Shown: positions 16,201 to 32,270 of the stretch, piece by piece
Layout: each line of letters opens with the position of its first letter
Numbering within the stretch: position 1 is the stretch's first letter
The notes under the pieces: model-generated
What the model was told of the DNA's origin: nothing
The model's input: the letters and a program-made list of their open reading frames with translations, nothing else
Databases searched by the model: none
Made by a program: the position numbers and the translations under genes
Assembly (NCBI GenBank): GCA_964035545.1
Contig: OZ037765.1
Span: 14,828,698 to 14,892,697, forward strand
Direction: 5' to 3'
Length of the DNA stretch: 64,000 nt
Origin: Bugula neritina
Taxonomy: Eukaryota; Animalia; Bryozoa

Positions 16201-18643
16201 CACTGAAAAATAGTGTAATATACGGAAATGTACCGTAACATACTGAAATATACTGTAACAGACTGAAATGTACTGTAACACACTGAAATATACTGCAACA
16301 TGCTGAAATACACTGTAACATACTGAAATATACTGCAACATACTGCAACATACCGAATTACACTGTAACAAACTGAAATACACTCCAACATACTACAACA
16401 TACTGAAATACACTGTAACATACCGAAATATATGGTAAACTACTGAAATATACGGTAACACATTGAAACATACCGCAAAATACTAAAATACACTGCAACA
16501 CACTGAAGTATACTGTAATATATATAGAAATGTACTGTAAAATACTTAAACATACGACAACATACCAGAAAATATACTGCAATATACTGAATTACACTGC
16601 AATATCCTGAAATATACTTCAACATACTGAAACATACCTAAAAACATTGAAATATACTGAAATACAGTGTAGGATATTGAAATACACTGCAACAATTTGG
16701 AACATACAGCAACATACCGAAATATATGGTAACCTACTGAAATATGTTGCAAACTACTGAAATATACTGCAACATACTGCAACATAATGAAATATACTAT
16801 AACACACTGAAATAAACTGCAAAATACTGAAATATACTGTAACATACTGAAACATACTGCAACATACCGAAATATACTGTAACATACTGAAATATACTGC
16901 AAGAAACTGCAATATACTGAAATACACTGTAACATACTGAAATACACTGCAACATACTGCAACATACTGACATACACTGGAACATACTGAAATACACTGC
17001 AACATATTACAACATACTGAAATACACTGTAACCTACTGAAATATGCTGTAGCACACTGAAATATACTGCAACATACTGAAATATAATGCAAGTTACTAC
17101 AACATACTGAAATACACTGTGACATACTGAAATACACTGCAACATACTGCAACATACTGCAACATACTGAAATACACTGTAACATATTGAAATACACTGC
17201 AAAACCTTGAAATATACTCCAACACACTGAAGTATACGGCAACATACTGAAATATACTGCGACACATTGAAATATACTGAAATATAATGAAAGTTACTAC
17301 AACATACTGAAATACACTGTAACACACTGAAATATACTGCAACATACTGCATCATACTGAAATACACTGTAACATACTGAAATACACTGCAACATACTGC
17401 AACATACTGAAATACACTGGAACATATTGAAACACACTACAACACATTGAAATATACTGCAACACACTGAAACATACAGCAACATACTGAAATATACTGC
17501 GACTAATTGAAATATACTGCAACATAGCTAAATATAATGCAAGATACTGCAACATTCTGAAATACACTGTGACATACTGAAATACACTGCAACATACTTC
17601 AACATACTGCAACATACTGCAACATACTGAAATACACTGTAACATGTTGAAATACACCGCAACACATTGAAATATACTGCAACATACCGAAATATATGGT
17701 AAACTACTGAAATATACGGTAACACATTGAAACATACCGCAAAATACTAACATACACTGCAACACACTGAAGTATACTGTAATATATATAGAAATGTACT
17801 GTAAAATACTTAAACATACGACAACATACCAAAAAATACACTGCAACATACTGAATTACACTGCAATATCCTGAAATATACTTCAACATACTGAAACAGA
17901 CCTAAAAACATTGAAATATACTGAAATACAGTGTAGGATATTGAAATACACTGCAACAATTTGGAATATACAGCAACATACCGAAATATATGGTAACCTA
18001 CTGAAACATGTTGCAAACTACTGAAATATACTGCAACATACTGCAACATAATGAAATATACTATAACACACTGGAATAAACTGCAAAATACTGAAATATA
18101 CTGTAACATACTGAAACATACTGCAACATACCGAAGTATACTGTAACATACTGAAATATACTGCAAGAAACTGCAATATACTGAAATACACTGTAACATA
18201 CTGAAATACACTGAAACATACTCCAACATACTGACATACACTGGAACATACTGAAATACACTGCAACATACTACAACATACTGAAATACACTGTAACCTA
18301 CTGAAATATGCTGTAGCACACTGAAATATACTGCAACATACTGAAATATAATGCAAGTTACTACAACATACTGAAATACACTGTGACATACTGAAATACA
18401 CTGCAACATACTGCAACATACTGCAACATACTGAAATACACTGTAACATATTGAAATACACTGCAAAACCTTGAAATATACTCCAACACACTGAAAGATA
18501 CGGCAACATACTGAAATATACTGCGACACATTGAAATATACTGCAACATACCGAAATATATGGTAAACTACTGAAATATACTGTAACACATTGAAAGATA
18601 CCGCAAAATACTAAAATACACTGCAACACACTGAGGTATACTG
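10280..18643 (+). repeat. 4182-bp tandem duplication (~10280-14461 and ~14462-18643)
   Basis: Constant 4182 offset for ORF pairs from 10310/14492 to 14179/18361. Both copies share private variants such as GACTAATTG (13319/17501) and GAGGTATACT (14451/18633). Confidence 0.92.
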
Positions 18644-21600
18644 TAATATATAGAAATGTACTGTAAAATACTTAAACCTATGACAACATACCAAAAAATA
18701 TACTGCAACATACTGAATTACACTGCAATATCCTGAAATATACTTCAACATACTGAAACATACCTAAAAACATTGAAATATACTGAAATACAGTGTAGGA
18801 TATTGAAATACACTGCAACAATTTGGAATATACAGCAACATACCGAAATATATGGTAACCTACTGAAATATGTTGCAAACTACTGAAATATACTGCAACA
18901 TACTGCAACATAATAAAATATACTGTAACACACTGGAATAAACTGCAAAATACTGAAATATACTGTAACATACTGAAACATACTGCAACATACCGAAATA
19001 TACTGTAACATTCTGAAATATACTGCAAGATACTGCAATATACTGAAATACACTGTAACATACTGAAATACACTGCAACATACTGCAACATACTGACATA
19101 CACTGGAACATACTGAAATACACTGCAACATACTACAACATACTGAAATACACTGTAACCTACTGGAATATGCTGTAGCACACTGAAATATACTGCAACA
19201 TACTGAAATATAATGCAAGTTACTACAACATACTGAAAAACACTGTGACATACTGAAATACACGGCAACATACTGCAACATACTGCAACATACTGAAATA
19301 CACTGTAACATATTGAAATACACTGCAACATACTGCAACATACTGCAACACACTGAAACATACGGCAACACACTCACATGTACAGCGACACATTGAAATA
19401 TACTGCAACATACTGAAATATGCTGTAGCATACTGAAACACACTGCAACACACTGAAATATACTGCAACATACTGCAACATACTGAAATACACTGTAACA
19501 TACTGAAATACACTGCAACATACTGCAACATACTGAAATACACTGGAACATATTGAAACACACTACAACACATATAAATATACTGCAACACACTGAAACA
19601 TACAGCAACATACTGAAATATACTGCGACACATTGAAATATACTGCAACATACTGAAATATGCTGTAGCATGCTGTAATATACTGCAACACACTGTAATA
19701 TACTGCAACATACTGCAACATACTGACATACACTGGAACATGCTGAAATACACTCCAATATACTACAACATACTGAAATACACTGTAACCTACTGAAATA
19801 TGCTGTAGCAGACCGAAATATACTACAACATACTAAAATATACTGCAACACATCGAAGTATACTGCAACATAGTCAAATATAATGCAAGATACTGTAACA
19901 TTCTGAAAAACACTGTAACATACTTAAATACACTGCAACATACTGCAACATACTGAAATACACTGCAACACATTGAAATAAACCGCAACATACTTAAATA
20001 TACGGTAACATACTGAAATATACTGTAACTCATTGAAAAACATTGCAACATACTGAAACATACTGAAATATGATGTAGCACACTGAAACACACCGCAGTT
20101 CACTGAAAAATAGTGTAATATACGGAAATGTACCGTAACATACTGAAATATACTGTAACAGACTGAAATGTACTGTAACACACTGAAATATACTGCAACA
20201 TGCTGAAATACACTGTAACATACTGAAATATACTGCAACATACTGCAACATACCGAATTACACTGTAACAAACTGAAATACACTCCAACATACTACAACA
20301 TACTGAAATACACTGTAACATGTTGAAATACACCGCAACACATTGAAATATACTGCAACATACCGAAATATATGGTTAACTACTGAAATATACGGTAACA
20401 CATTGAAACATACCGCAAAATACTAAAATACACTGCAACACACTGAAGTATACTGTAACATACTGAAACATACTGCAACATACCGAAGTATACTGTAACA
20501 TACTGAAATATACTGCAAGAAACTGCAATATACTGAAATACACTGTAACATACTGAAATACACTGCAACATACTGCAACATACTGACATACACTGGAACA
20601 TACTGAAATACACTGCAACATACTACAACATACTGAAATACACTGTAACCTACTGAAATAAGCTGTAGCACACTGAAATATACTGCAACATACTGAAATA
20701 TAATGCAAGTTACTACAACATACTGAAATACACTGTGACATACTGAAATACACTGCAACATACTGCAACATACTGCAACATACTGAAATACACTGTAACA
20801 TATTGAAATACACTGCAACATACTGCAACATACTGCAACACACTGAAACATACGGCAACACACTCACATGTACAGCGACACATTGAAATATACTGCAACA
20901 TACTGAAATATGCTGTAGCATACTGAAATACACTGCAACACACTGAAATATACTGCAACATACTGCAACATACTGAAATACACTGTAACACACTGAAATA
21001 CACTGCAACATACTGCAACATACTGAAATACACTGGAACATATTGAAACACACTAGAACACATTGAAATATACTGCAACACACTGAAACATACAGCAACA
21101 TACTGAAATATACTGCGACACATTGAAATATACTGCAAAATACTGAAATATGCTGTAGCATACTGTAATATACTGCAACACACTTTAATATACTGCAACA
21201 TACTGCAACATACTGACATACACTGGAACATACTGAAATACTCTCCAATATACTACAACATACTGAAATACACTGTAACCTACTGAAATATGCTGTAGCA
21301 CACCGAAATATACTGCAACATACTGAAATATAATGCAAGTTACTACAACATACTGAAATACACTGTGACATACTGAGATACACTGCAACATACTGCAACA
21401 TACTGCAACATACTGCAACATACTGATATACACTGTAACAGACTGAAATGTACTGTAACACACTGAAATATACTGCAACATGCTGAAATACACTGGAACA
21501 TACTGAAATACACTGCAACATACTACAACATACTGAAATACACTGTACCCTACTGAAATATGCTGTAGCACACTGAAAAATACTGCAACATATCGAAATA

Positions 21601-21859
21601 TATGGTAAACAACTGAAATATACTGTAACACATCGAAAAATACTGCAACATACTGAAATATACTGTAACACACTGAAATATACTGCAACATACTGAAATA
21701 CATTGTAACATACTGAAATATACTGCAACATACTGCAACATACTGAAATACACTGTAACATACTGAAATACACTGCAACATACTGCAACATACTGAAATA
21801 CACTGTAACATATTGAAGTGCACTGCAACACATTGAAACATACTGCAACACACTGAAAC

Positions 21860-23430
21860 ATACGGCAACATACTGAAATATACTGCAACACATTGAAATA
21901 TACTGCAACATAGTCAAATATAATGCAAGATACTGTAACATTCTGAAACACACTGTGAGATACTGAAAAACACTGTGACATACTTAAATACACTGCAACA
22001 TACTGCAACATACTGAAATACACTGCAACACATTGAAATAAACCGCAACATACTTAAATATACGGTAACATACTGAAATATACTGTAACTCATTGAAAAA
22101 CATTGCAACATACTTAAACATACTGAAATATGCTGTAGCACACTGAAATACACCGCAGTTCACTGAAAAATAGTGTAATATACGGAAATGTACCGTAACA
22201 TACTGAAATATACTGTAACAGACTGAAATGTACTGTAACACACTGAAATATACTGCAACATGCTGAAATACACTGTAACATACTGAAATATACTGCAACA
22301 TACTGCAACATACCGAATTACACTGTAACAAACTGAAATACACTCCAACATACTACAACATACTGAAATACACTGTAACATACCGAAATATATGGTAAAC
22401 TACTGAAATATACGGTAACACATTGAAACATACCGCAAAATACTAAAATACACTGCAACACACTGAAGTATACTGTAATATATATAGAAATGTACTGTAA
22501 AATACTTAAACATACGACAACATACCAGAAAATATACTGCAACATACTGAATTACACTGCAATATCCTGAAATATACTTCAACATACTGAAACATACCTA
22601 AAAACATTGAAATATACTGAAATACAGTGTAGGATATTGAAATACACTGCAACAATTTGGAACATACAGCAACATACCGAAATATATGGTAACCTACTGA
22701 AATATGTTGCAAACTACTGAAATATACTGCAACATACTGCAACATAATGAAATCTACTATAACACACTGAAATAAACTGCAAAATACTGAAATATACTGT
22801 AACATACTGAAACATACTGCAACATACCGAAATATACTGTAACATACTGAAATATACTGCAAGAAACTGCAATATACTGAAATACACTGTAACATACTGA
22901 AATACACTGCAACATACTGCAACATACTGACATACACTGGAACATACTGAAATACACTGCAACATATTACAACATACTGAAATACACTGTAACCTACTGA
23001 AATATGCTGTAGCACACTGAAATATACTGCAACATACTGAAATATAATGCAAGTTACTACAACATACTGAAATACACTGTGACATACTGAAATACACTGC
23101 AACATACTGCAACATACTGCAACATACTGAAATACACTGTAACATATTGAAATACACTGCAAAACCTTGAAATATACTCCAACACACTGAAGTATACGGC
23201 AACATACTGAAATATACTGCGACACATTGAAATATACTGAAATATAATGAAAGTTACTACAACATACTGAAATACACTGTAACATACTGAAATATACTGC
23301 AACATACTGCATCATACTGAAATACACTGTAACATACTGAAATACACTGCAACATACTGCAACATACTGAAATACACTGGAACATATTGAAACACACTAC
23401 AACACATTGAAATATACTGCAACACACTGA
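21860..23430 (+). repeat. Non-adjacent ~1.5-kb copy of ~15900-17470 (also ~11720-13290)
   Basis: Constant 5960 offset from 15954/21914 to 17297/23257. Copies share the CATACCAGAAAAT variant. Confidence 0.8.
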
Positions 23431-26400
23431 AACATACGGCAACATACTGAAATATACTGCAACACATTGAAATATACTGCAACATAGTCAAATATAATGC
23501 AAGATACTGTAACATTCTGAAACACACTGTGAGATACTGAAAAACACTGTGACATACTTAAATACACTGCAACATACTGCAACATACTGAAATACACTGC
23601 AACACATTGAAATAAACCGCAACATACTTAAATATACGGTAACATACTGAAATATACTGTAACTCATTGAAAAACATTGCAACATACTGAAACATACTGA
23701 AATATGCTGTAGCACACTGAAATACACCGCAGTTCACTGAAAAATAGTGTAATATACGGAAATGTACCGTAACATACTGAAATATACTGTAACAGACTGA
23801 AATGTACTGTAACACACTGAAATATACAGCAACATGCTGAAATACACTGTAACATACTGAAATACACTGCAACATACTACAACATACCGAATTACACTGT
23901 AACAAACTGAAATACACTCCAACATACTACAACATACTGAAATACACTGTAACATATTGAAATACACCGCAACACATTGAAATATACTGCAACATACCGA
24001 AATATATGGTAAACTACTGAAATATACGGTAACACATTGAAACATACCGCAAAATTCTAAAATACACTGCAACACACTGGAGTATACTGTAATATATATA
24101 GAAATGTACTGTAAAATACTTAAACATACGACAACATACCAAAAAATATACTGCAACATACTGAATTACACTGCAATATCCTGAAATATACTTCAACATA
24201 CTGAAACATACCTAAAAAAATTGAAATATACTGAAATACAGTGTAGGATATTGAAATACACTGCAACAATTTGGAATATACAGCAACATACCGAAATATA
24301 TGGTAACCTACTGAAATATGTTGCAAACTACTGAAATATACTGCAACATACTGCAACATAATGAAATATACTATAACACACTGGAATAAACTGCAAAATA
24401 CTGAAATATACTGTAACATACTGAAACATACTGCAACATACCGAAATATACTGTAACATACCTAAATATACTGCAAGAAACTGCAATATACTGAAATACA
24501 CTGTAACATACTGAAATACACTGCAACATACTGCAACATACTGACATACACTGGAACATACTGAAATACACTGCAACATACTACAACATACTGAAATACA
24601 CTGTAACCTACTGAAATATGCTGTAGCACACTGAAATATACTGCAACATACTGAAATATAATGCAAGTTACTACAACATACCGAAATACACTGTGACATA
24701 CTGAAATACACTGCAACATACTGCAACATACTGCAACATACTGAAATACACTGTAACATATTGAAATACACTGCAAAACCTTGAAATATACTCCAACACA
24801 CTGAAGTATACGGCAACATACTGAAATATACTGCGACACATTGAAATATACTGCAACGTACTGAAATATGCTGTAGCATACTGAAATATACTGTAACACA
24901 CTGTAATATACTGCAACATACTGCAACATACTGACATACACTGGAACATACTGAAATACATTCCAACATACTACAACATACTGAAATACACTGTAACCTA
25001 CTGAAATATGCTGTAGCACACTGAAATATACTGCAACATACTGAAAGATAATGAAAGTTACTACAACATACTGAAATACACTGTGACATACTGAGATACA
25101 CTGCAACATACTGCAACCTACTGCAACATACTGAAATACACTGTAACAGACTGAAATGTACTGTAACACACTGACATATCCTGCAACACATTGAAATATA
25201 CCGCAACATACTGAAATATGCTGTAGCACACTGAAATACACTGCAACTCACTATAATATAGTGTAATATACAGAAATGTACTGTAACATACTGAAATATA
25301 CTGTAACATACTGAAATCTACTGCAACATACTGAAGTACACTGCAACATACTGCAACATACGGAAATACACTGTAACATATTGAAATACACGACAACACA
25401 TTGAAATATACTGCAACAGACTGAAGGATACGGCAACATACTGAAATATACTGCGACACATTGAAATATACTGCAACATACTGAAATATGCTGTAGCATA
25501 CTGAAATATACTGTAACACACTGTAAAATACTGCAACATACTGCAACATACTGACATACACTGGAACATACTGAAATACACTGCAACATACTACAAAATA
25601 CTGAAATACGCTGTACCCTACTGAAATATGCTGTAGCACACTGAAGAATACTGCAACATACTGAAATATAATGCAAGTTACTACAACATACTGAAATACA
25701 CTGTGACATACTGAGATACACTGCAACATACTGCAACATACTGCAACATACTGAAATACACTGTAACCTACTGAAATACACTGCAACATACTACAACATA
25801 CTGAAATACACTGTAACATTATGAATTACACTGCAACACATTGAAAAATACTGCAACATATCGAAATATATGGTAAACAACTGAAATATACTGTAACACC
25901 TCGAAAAATACTGCAACATACTGAAATATACTGTAACACACTGAAATATACTGCAACATACTGAAATACATTGTAACATACTGAAATATACTGCAACATA
26001 CTGCAACATACTGAAATACACTGTAACATACTGAAATACACTGCAACATACTGCAACATACTGAAATACACTGTAACATATTGAAGTGCACTGCAACACA
26101 TTGAAACATACTGCAACACACTGAAACATACGGCAACATACTGAAATATACTGCAACACATTGAAATATACTGCAACATAGTCAAATATTATGCAAGATA
26201 CTGTAACATTCTGAAACACACTGTGAGATACTGAAAAACACTGTGACATACTTAAATACACTGCAACATACTGCAACATACTGAAATACACTGCAACACA
26301 TTGAAATAAACCGCAACATACTTAAATATACGGTAACATACTGAAATATACTGTAACTCATTGAAAAACATTGCAACATACTGAAACATACTGAAATATG

Positions 26401-28419
26401 CTGTAGCACACTGAAATACACCGCAGTTCACTGAAAAATAGTGTAATATACGGAAATGTACCGTAACATACTGAAATATACTGTAACAGACTGAAATGTA
26501 CTGTAACACACTGAAATATACTGCAACATGCTGAAATACACTGTAACATACTGAAATATACTGCAACATACTGCAACATACCGAATTACACTGTAACAAA
26601 CTGAAATACACTCCAACATACTACAACATACTGAAATACACTGTAACATATTGAAATACACCGCAACACATTGAAATATACTGCAACATACCGAAATATA
26701 TGGTAAACTACTGAAATATACGGTAACACATTGAAACATACCGCAAAATACTAAAATACACTGCAACACACTGAAGTATACTGTAATATATATAGAAATG
26801 TACTGTAAAATACTTAAACATACGACAACATACCAAAAAATATACTGCAACATACTGAATTACACTGCAATATCCTGAAATATACTTCAACATACTGAAA
26901 CATACCTAAAAACATTGAAATATACTGAAATACAGTGTAGGATATTGAAATACACTGCAACAATTTGGAACATACAGCAACATACCGAAATATATGGTAA
27001 CCTACTGAAATATGTTGCAAACTACTGAAATATACTGCAACATACTGCAACATAATGAAATATACTATAACACACTGAAATAAACTGCAAAATACTGAAA
27101 TATACTGTAACATACTGAAACATACTGCAACATACCGAAATATACTGTAACATACTGAAATATACTGCAAGAAACTGCAATATACTGAAATACACTGTAA
27201 CATACTGAAATACACTGCAACATACTGCAACATACTGACATACACTGGAACATACTGAAATACACTGCAACATACTACAACATACTGAAATACACTGTAA
27301 CCTACTGAAATATGCTGTAGCACACTGAAATATACTGCAACATACTGAAATATAATGCAAGTTACTACAACATACTGAAATACACTGTGACATACTGAAA
27401 TACACTGCAACATACTGCAACATACTGAAATACACTGTAACATATTGAAATACACTGCAAAACCTTGAAATATACTCCAACACACTGAAGTATACGGCAA
27501 CATACTGAAATATACTGCGACACATTGAAATATACTGAAATATAATGAAAGTTACTACAACATACTGAAATACGCTGTGACATACTGAGATACACTGCAA
27601 CATACTGCAACATACTGCAACCTACTGCAACATACTGAAATACACTGTAACAGACTGAAATGTACTGTAACACACTGACATATACTGCAACACATTGAAA
27701 TATACCGCAACATACTGAAATATGCTGTAGCACACTGAAATACACTGCAACTCACTATAATATAGTGTAATATACAGAAATGTACTGTAACATACTGAAA
27801 TATACTGTAACATACTGAAATCTACTGCAACATACTGAAGTACACTGCAACATACTGCAACATACGGAAATACACTGTAACATATTGAAATACACGACAA
27901 CACATTGAAATATACTGCAACACACTGAAGGATACGGCAACATACTGAAATATACTGCGACACATTGAAATATACTGCAACATACTGAAATATGCTGTAG
28001 CATACTGAAATATACTGTAACACACTGTAAAATACTGCAACATACTGCAACATACTGACATACACTGGAACATACTGAAATATACTGCAACATACTGAAA
28101 TATAATGCAAGTTACTACAACATACTGAAATACACTGTGACATACTGAGATACACTGCAACATACTGCAACATACTGCAACATACTGAAATACACCTTAA
28201 CCTACTGAAATACACTGCAACATACTACAACATACTGAAATACACTGTAACATTATGAATTACACTGCAACACATTGAAAAATACTGCAACATATCGAAA
28301 TATATGGTAAACAACTGAAATATACTGTAACACATCGAAAAATACTGCAACATACTGAAATATACTGTAACACACTGAAATATACTGCAACATACTGAAA
28401 TACATTGTAACATACTGAA

Positions 28420-31400
28420 ATATACTGCAACATACTGCAACATACCGAAATACACTGTAACATACTGAAATACACTGCAACATACTGCAACATACTGAAA
28501 TACATTGGAACATATTGAAACACACTACAACACATTAAAATATACTGCAACACACTGAAACATACGGCAACATACTGAAATATACTGCAAAACATCTAAA
28601 TATACTGCTACATACTGAAACATGCTGTAGCATACTGAAATACACTGCAACACACTGAAGTATACTGTAATATACAGAAATGTACTGTAACATACTGAAA
28701 CGTACGTCAACATACTGAAATGTACTCCAACATGCTGAACTATACTGCAACATACTGAAATACACTGTAATATACTGAATTAAACTGCAACATACTGCAA
28801 CATACTGAAATAAGCTGTACCATATTGAAATACACTACAACACATTGTAATACACTGCAACATACTGAACCATACGGCAACATACTGAAATATACTGCAA
28901 CACATTGAAATATACTGCAACATAGTCAAATATAACGCAAGATACTGTAACATTCGGAAAAACACTGTGACATACTGAAATACACTGCAACATACTGCAA
29001 CATACTGCAACATACTGAAATACACTGCAACACATTGAAATAAACCGCAACATACTTAAATATACGGTAACATACTGAAATATACTGTAACTCATTGAAA
29101 AACATTGCAACATACTGAAACATACTGAAATATGCTGTAGCACACTGAAATACACCGCAGTTCACTGAAAAATAGTGTAATATACGGAAATATACCGTAA
29201 CATACTGAAATATACTGTAACAGACTGAAATGTACTGTAACACACTGAAATATACTGCAACATGCTGAAATACACCGTAACATACTGAAATATACTGCAA
29301 CATACTGCAACATACCGAATTACACTGTAACAAACTGAAATACACTCCAACAAACTACAACATACTGAAATACACTGTAACATATTGAAATACACCGCAA
29401 CACATTGAAATATACTGCAACATACCGAAATATATGGTAAACTACTGAAATATACTGTAACACATTGAAACATACCGCAAAATACTAAAATACACTGCAA
29501 CACACTGAAGTATACTGTAATATATAGAAATGTACTGTAAAATACTTAAACATATGACAACATACCAAAAAATATACTGTAACATACTGAATTACACTGC
29601 AATACCCTGAAATATACTTCAACATACTGAAACATACCTAAAAACCTTGAAATATACTCAAATACAGTGTAGGATATTGAAATACACTGCAACAATTTGG
29701 AATATACAGCAACATACCGAAATATATGGTAACCTACTGAAATATGTTGCAAACTACTGAAATATACTGCAACATACTGCAACATAATGAAATATACTAT
29801 AACACACTGGAATAAACTGCAAAATACTGAAATATACTGTAACATACTGAAACATACTGCAACATACCGAAATATACTGTAACATTCTGAAATATACTGC
29901 AAGATACTGCAATATACTGAAATACACTGTAACATACTGAAATACACTGCAACATACTGCAACATACTGACATACACTGGAACATACTGAAATACACTGC
30001 AACATACTACAACATACTGAAATACACTGTATCCTACTGAAATATGCTGTAGCACACTGAAATATACTGCAACATACTGGAATATAATGCAAGTTACTAC
30101 AACATACTGAAATACACTGTGACATACTGAAATATACTGCAACATACTGCAACATACTGAAATACACTGTAACATACTGAAATACACTGCAACATACTGC
30201 AACATACTGAAATACATTGGAACATATTGAAACACACTACAACACATTAAAATATACTGCAACACACTGAAACATACGGCAACATACTGAAATATACTGC
30301 AAAACATCTAAATATACTGCTACATACTGAAACATGCTGTAGCATACTGAAATACACTGCAACACACTGAAGTATACTGTAATATACAGAAATGTACTGT
30401 AACATACTGAAACGTACGTCAACATACTGAAATGTACTCCAACATGCTGAACTATACTGCAACATACTGAAATACACTGTAATATACTGAATTAAACTGC
30501 AACATACTGCAACATACTGAAATAACCTGTACCATATTGAAATACACTACAACACATTGTAATACACTGCAACATACTGAACCATACGGCAACATACTGA
30601 AATATACTGCAACACATTGAAATATACTGCAACATAGTCAAATATAACGCAAGATACTGTAACATTCGGAAAAACACTGTGACATACTGAAATACACTGC
30701 AACATACTGCAACATACTGAAATACACTGCAACACATTGAAATAAACCGCAACATACTTAAATATACGGTAACATACTGAAATATACTGTAACTCATTGA
30801 AAAACATTGCAACATACTGAAACATACTGAAATATGCTGTAGCACACTGAAATACACCGCAGTTCACTGAAAAATAGTGTAATATACGGAAATATACCGT
30901 AACATACTGAAATATACTGTAACAGACTGAAATGTACTGTAACACACTGAAATATACTGCAACATGCTGAAATACACTGTAACATACTGAAATATACTGC
31001 AACATACTGCAACATACCGAATTACACTGTAATAAACTGAAATACACTCCAACAAACTACAACATACTGAAATACACTGTAACATATTGAAATACACCGC
31101 AACACATTGAAATATACTGCAACATACCGAAATATATGGTAAACTACTGAAATATACTGTAACACATTGAAACATACCGCAAAATACTAAAATACACTGC
31201 AACACACCGAAGTATACTGTAATATATAGAAATGTACTGTAAAATACCTAAACATATGACAACATACCAAAAAATATACTGTAACATACTGAATTACACT
31301 GCAATACCCTGAAATATACTTCAACATACTGAAACATACCTTAAAACATTGAAATATACTGAAATACAGTGTAGGATATTGAAATACACTGCAACAATTT

Positions 31401-32270
31401 GGAATATACAGCAACATACCGAAGTATATGGTAACCTACTGAAATATGTTGCAAACTACTGAAATATACTGCAACATACTGCAACATAATAAAATATACT
31501 ATAACACACTGGAATAAACTGCAAAATACTGAAATATACTGTAACATACTGAAACATACTGCAACATACCGAAATATATTGTAACATTCTGAAATATACT
31601 GCAAGATACTGCAATATACTGAAATACACTGTAACATACTGAAATACACTGCAACATACTGCAACATACTGACATACACTGGAACATACTGAAATACACT
31701 GCAACATACTACAACATACTGAAATACACTGTAACCTACTGAAATATGCTGTAGCACACTGAAATATACTGCAACATACTGAAATATAATGCAAGTTACT
31801 ACAACATACTGAAATACACTGTGACATACTGAAATATACTGCAACATACTGAACATACTGAAATACACTGTAACATACTGAAATACACTGCAACATACTG
31901 CAACATACTGAATTACATTGGAACATATTGAAACACACTACAACACATTAATATATACTGCAACACACTGAAACATACGGCAACATACTGAAATATACTG
32001 CAAAACATCTAAATATACTGCTACATACTGAAACATGCTGTAGCATACTGAAATACACTGCAACACACTGAAGTATACTGTAATATACAGAAATGTACTG
32101 TAACATACTGAAACGTACGTCAACATACTGAAATGTACTCCAACATGCTGAACTATACTGCAACATACCGAAATACACTGTAATATACTGAATTAAACTG
32201 CAACATACTGCAACATACTGAAATAAGCTGTACCATATTGAAATACACTACAACACATTGTAATATACTG
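28420..32270 (+). repeat. ~1.7-kb higher-order repeat, about 2.2 copies (boundaries approximate)
   Basis: Offsets 1712 (28525/30237), 1702 (29162/30864, 29797/31499) and 1701 (30237/31938). Confidence 0.8.
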
